64,000 bases of DNA from Podarcis muralis (Eukaryota): positions 92,566,001 through 92,630,000 of the forward strand of contig NC_135656.1 in assembly GCF_964188315.1 (NCBI RefSeq). The letters are read 5' to 3'. The notes beneath the pieces were generated by a model, which saw only the letters and a list, made by a program, of their open reading frames with translations, searched no databases and was not told the origin of the DNA. The translations under genes were made by a program, and so were the position numbers. This document shows positions 61,079-64,000 of the stretch, piece by piece (position 1 is the stretch's first letter; each line of letters opens with the position of its first letter).

Positions 61079-62596
61079 CAATCCACTGAGGCTTTGACTG
61101 CTCTATCACTTTCCAAGGCCAAGCAAACCTTATTTGGAAATATTTTCCCCCTCTAAAAAATGAATGTGCATATAACTTACACTATTGAATCTGTCCAAAA
61201 TGACTATATATCAATATTAATGCTTTTTGATTGTTATTTTCCAGGTACTTTCATATAACCTGTCTTTCCACAGAGGGCTCATATAAAGTCTTATTTTGTC
61301 ATTTTCTAAGAAGTTCTAGTGCTGATTCATCTTCTTTAAATCTTCTTTTCAACAGATCTTTGGAATTAAGACAAATGTTACAAATAAGGGATTAAACTAA
61401 CAATTTATTTTAGTCTTCAGGGTTTTCCTCCTCCCTCCTCCTTGTTGGTGTGGTCTTTTTTGCTGATTCCCTCAGCGTTTGAAGATTACCGAGCTGCACT
61501 TGCAAAGGCTTCCGTTGTCTTTTAAATCTTTTCATCTCATCTCATCTGCATTAAAAATTTAAACTTCCAACATTTAATAATGATGAAGAAGATTAATACT
61601 GGAGCATAAAGTGTGCAAGGAAATGTGTTTCCATTGTAGCCACTGATGGGCTAATAGTTCTAAAGGATATTTAAGCCATCATTTTTAATCACTGGGTTTT
61701 TAGAATATGTTCCTCCTATTTGTCACTTATAACATACTTTTGATGAAAAGAGACTTTCCTGTCATCTCATTCATCCTCACAACAAATCTACAAGACAATT
61801 TGGTTTCAATGCTATTTGTGATTAAGCCAACGCTGACAGCTTTGAGCCAAGGCCTCCCACCTGCAGTGAGTCCCATGTGTGAACTGACATTTAAAATTGG
61901 ACCAGTCCAAAAACTTGCCCAAAAGTTGTTGGCCTGTGGTGTGGGAGAGAGTGTGCCAGACTTTTAAATCCTTTGATCTTCTACTTTCCTATATATACAC
62001 ATAGCCTGGTATTGAAATGCTGGTAAGTTTGTGGTAAACTATCCTGTTGTGAAATTCTAAATACTGAAGTCCTGAACAGGCAGGGACAATGGACAAGCAA
62101 CTGCTAACCCCCACCCCCCACCCTCTAATGGCTGTTGGAGAAAGAAGGCTGAGTTTTTCCATTGCCGAAACATACAGTATGAGCATCAAGGTTTATAATT
62201 TGGTAAGAGGAAATACTTGAAATTTGTCAATTGCTTAGGGACTGCGTTTGTCCCTGCTTAAACCCACTTTTGTTCTGAGTGGTGAAGCCATGGATCTGTG
62301 GGGATGATCCGATTATTTTGATAAGTAAGGCAGGCATCTTTGTCCCTCCAAAAATATTCTGTTGGCAGAAGAACAGGCGAATACACAAAATTAAAATGTT
62401 CCCTAGACTAGCACTGAAGAACTACAAAGAGGGATAAGAACCAAAATAAACAAGAGCTTGGAGAAATAACAACCTAAACATCGGGCAATGTGCTGCTGCT
62501 GTGAAAGAGGAACTGAGCCTATGAACAGATGAAGGCTTAGAGGATACAGTAGCCAGGAAGCTAGACAAGAAGTGTATGGTCTCTCCTAATCAAAAA

Positions 62597-62597
62597 C

Positions 62598-62660
<63 letters not shown>
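62597..62660. repeat. (CAA)n microsatellite
   Basis: Direct read. Confidence 0.95.
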
Positions 62661-63476
62661 GGAAACTGGTCTCCTCTCAGATACGACCGAGTCCTGGGAT
62701 ACCTTGTTACTGAACAATATATAATGCTATAACTGTATTACAGTAGTCACACTGCTGCTCCTCTTCTTTGCTCCTGTTGAGGCTTCCTCCTTTGGGGCAA
62801 ATGAACAGTGAAAGCTATGAGAGTGAGGCGCCTTTTAGAGTTGGACTAGAAGAAACAAGAAATGAAGAGGTACGACCAGCTTCAGAGAGGCAATGGAATA
62901 GTACAGGCTGGAAGGTTAAATCACAATGAAGGTCTCTTACTTTAAAGCTCAGTAAAACAATTGTTGTTAGCTTATAACATAACGCAAAGGAAAACAGAAA
63001 CAAGGGGTTGGAGCAGGAGGAACTTGGACTTGGCAATGGGCACTCCACTGATATGTGCCACACATCAGCAGGTGCCCAAGAATAGAAATCCTTGGCACCA
63101 GCCAAAGCCTTTCTGCTTCAGTCTTCCACTAGCGCCAGCACTTTCAGAAGGCCTCGTGTACTGTTCGGACATCACACCTACCTTTATGTTCCTCTCATGG
63201 GGCCACTTGACACACATCACTTCATGGTGTCAATCTAACCAATCTAACCAATATTGTCTATTCTGGCTGGTGGAAGTTCTCCAAAACCTCAAGAACACCT
63301 CTTGGCCATCCTTGCTACCTCAAATTCTGTTTTTAACCAGAAATTCTAGGGACTGAGCCTTAAGTCTTTCTGTGAGAGAAGGGGGTACTGCTTCATTTTT
63401 GTTTAAAATATCTATTTTGTGCTTTTATCTTGTATTTTATCTTGTGAACTGCCCTGAGATCCTCAGATGAAGGGTG

Positions 63477-63510
63477 GTTTGTTTGTTTGTTTGTTTGTTT
63501 GTTTGTTTGT
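63477..63510. repeat. (TTTG)n microsatellite at an L2-like 3' end
   Basis: Direct read; preceded by tgtgaactgccctgagatcctcagatgaagggtgg. Confidence 0.85.
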
Positions 63511-64000
63511 AGGAGTAGTAGTATGGAAAGCATGTGCTTCAGAACTATAAGCCCTCCCATTCAAATGTGACTGCAATGTTCAAGCTAGGCATATAAGACA
63601 GGAGTTGGGATGTATTCCCTTATTGGTAACCTTCCATGGGGTATGTGCAAGCGGTGGCAAGAGGCAAAACTGGGCAGAACATCTGATGATTGATGCCTTT
63701 GGACAGTGGGCTACATTTCCACCATGCAAAAGTTACGGTGTTTCTGCAAACACACTCCACATGCCTATCTCTCCAGTTGTCACATCTAGGCAAGCATTAC
63801 TGCAGTTCAAGGAAAGATTTCAGTCAATCAAGAGCACTAAGAGCACTCATAGAGGATCCAGAGCAGGGCCTGGGAAGAGACCTGAGGGCCAGTTAGAGTT
63901 ATCTTAGAAAAAGAGAGAAGGAGGACAGAGACGTCCTAGTGAATAAGAAGAGCTTAGTATTTTTATTCCTGGTGTAGATTTAAGTTTGAACACCAGACTC

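Noticed and set aside
61476-61525. Plus-strand acceptor followed by AFEDYRAALAKASVVF-stop
   Set aside because: Isolated, opposite to the better-supported minus-strand exons, and no partner exon was found.

Overview
Vertebrate genomic DNA, very probably from a squamate and most likely a lacertid lizard. This rests on Sauria/Squam1 SINEs, other tRNA-derived SINEs, Bov-B, CR1 and L2 LINE relics, and typical hAT and Tc1/mariner MITEs. The window is AT-rich and repeat-laden, with no long host coding exon. Most ORFs in the track are TE-derived or spurious. Splice-signal evidence suggests it lies largely inside the 3' part of an unidentified minus-strand gene: a 9-nt microexon (16742-16750), a 44-nt stop-containing cassette exon (15035-15078) and a candidate last exon starting at 6553. 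Together these would give alternative soluble or hydrophobic C-termini. Other highlights: a young 762-bp solo LTR almost filled by an acidic-then-basic reading frame; a 1.7-kb Tc2-like non-autonomous transposon carrying a 67-bp minisatellite and splitting an L2; two MITEs sharing one TA; a MITE with perfect NRF1 and CRE motifs; and two complementary Bov-B halves 4 kb apart in opposite orientation, which suggests a local inversion or a SINE-LINE chimera. TE family names come from recalled motifs, not database searches.
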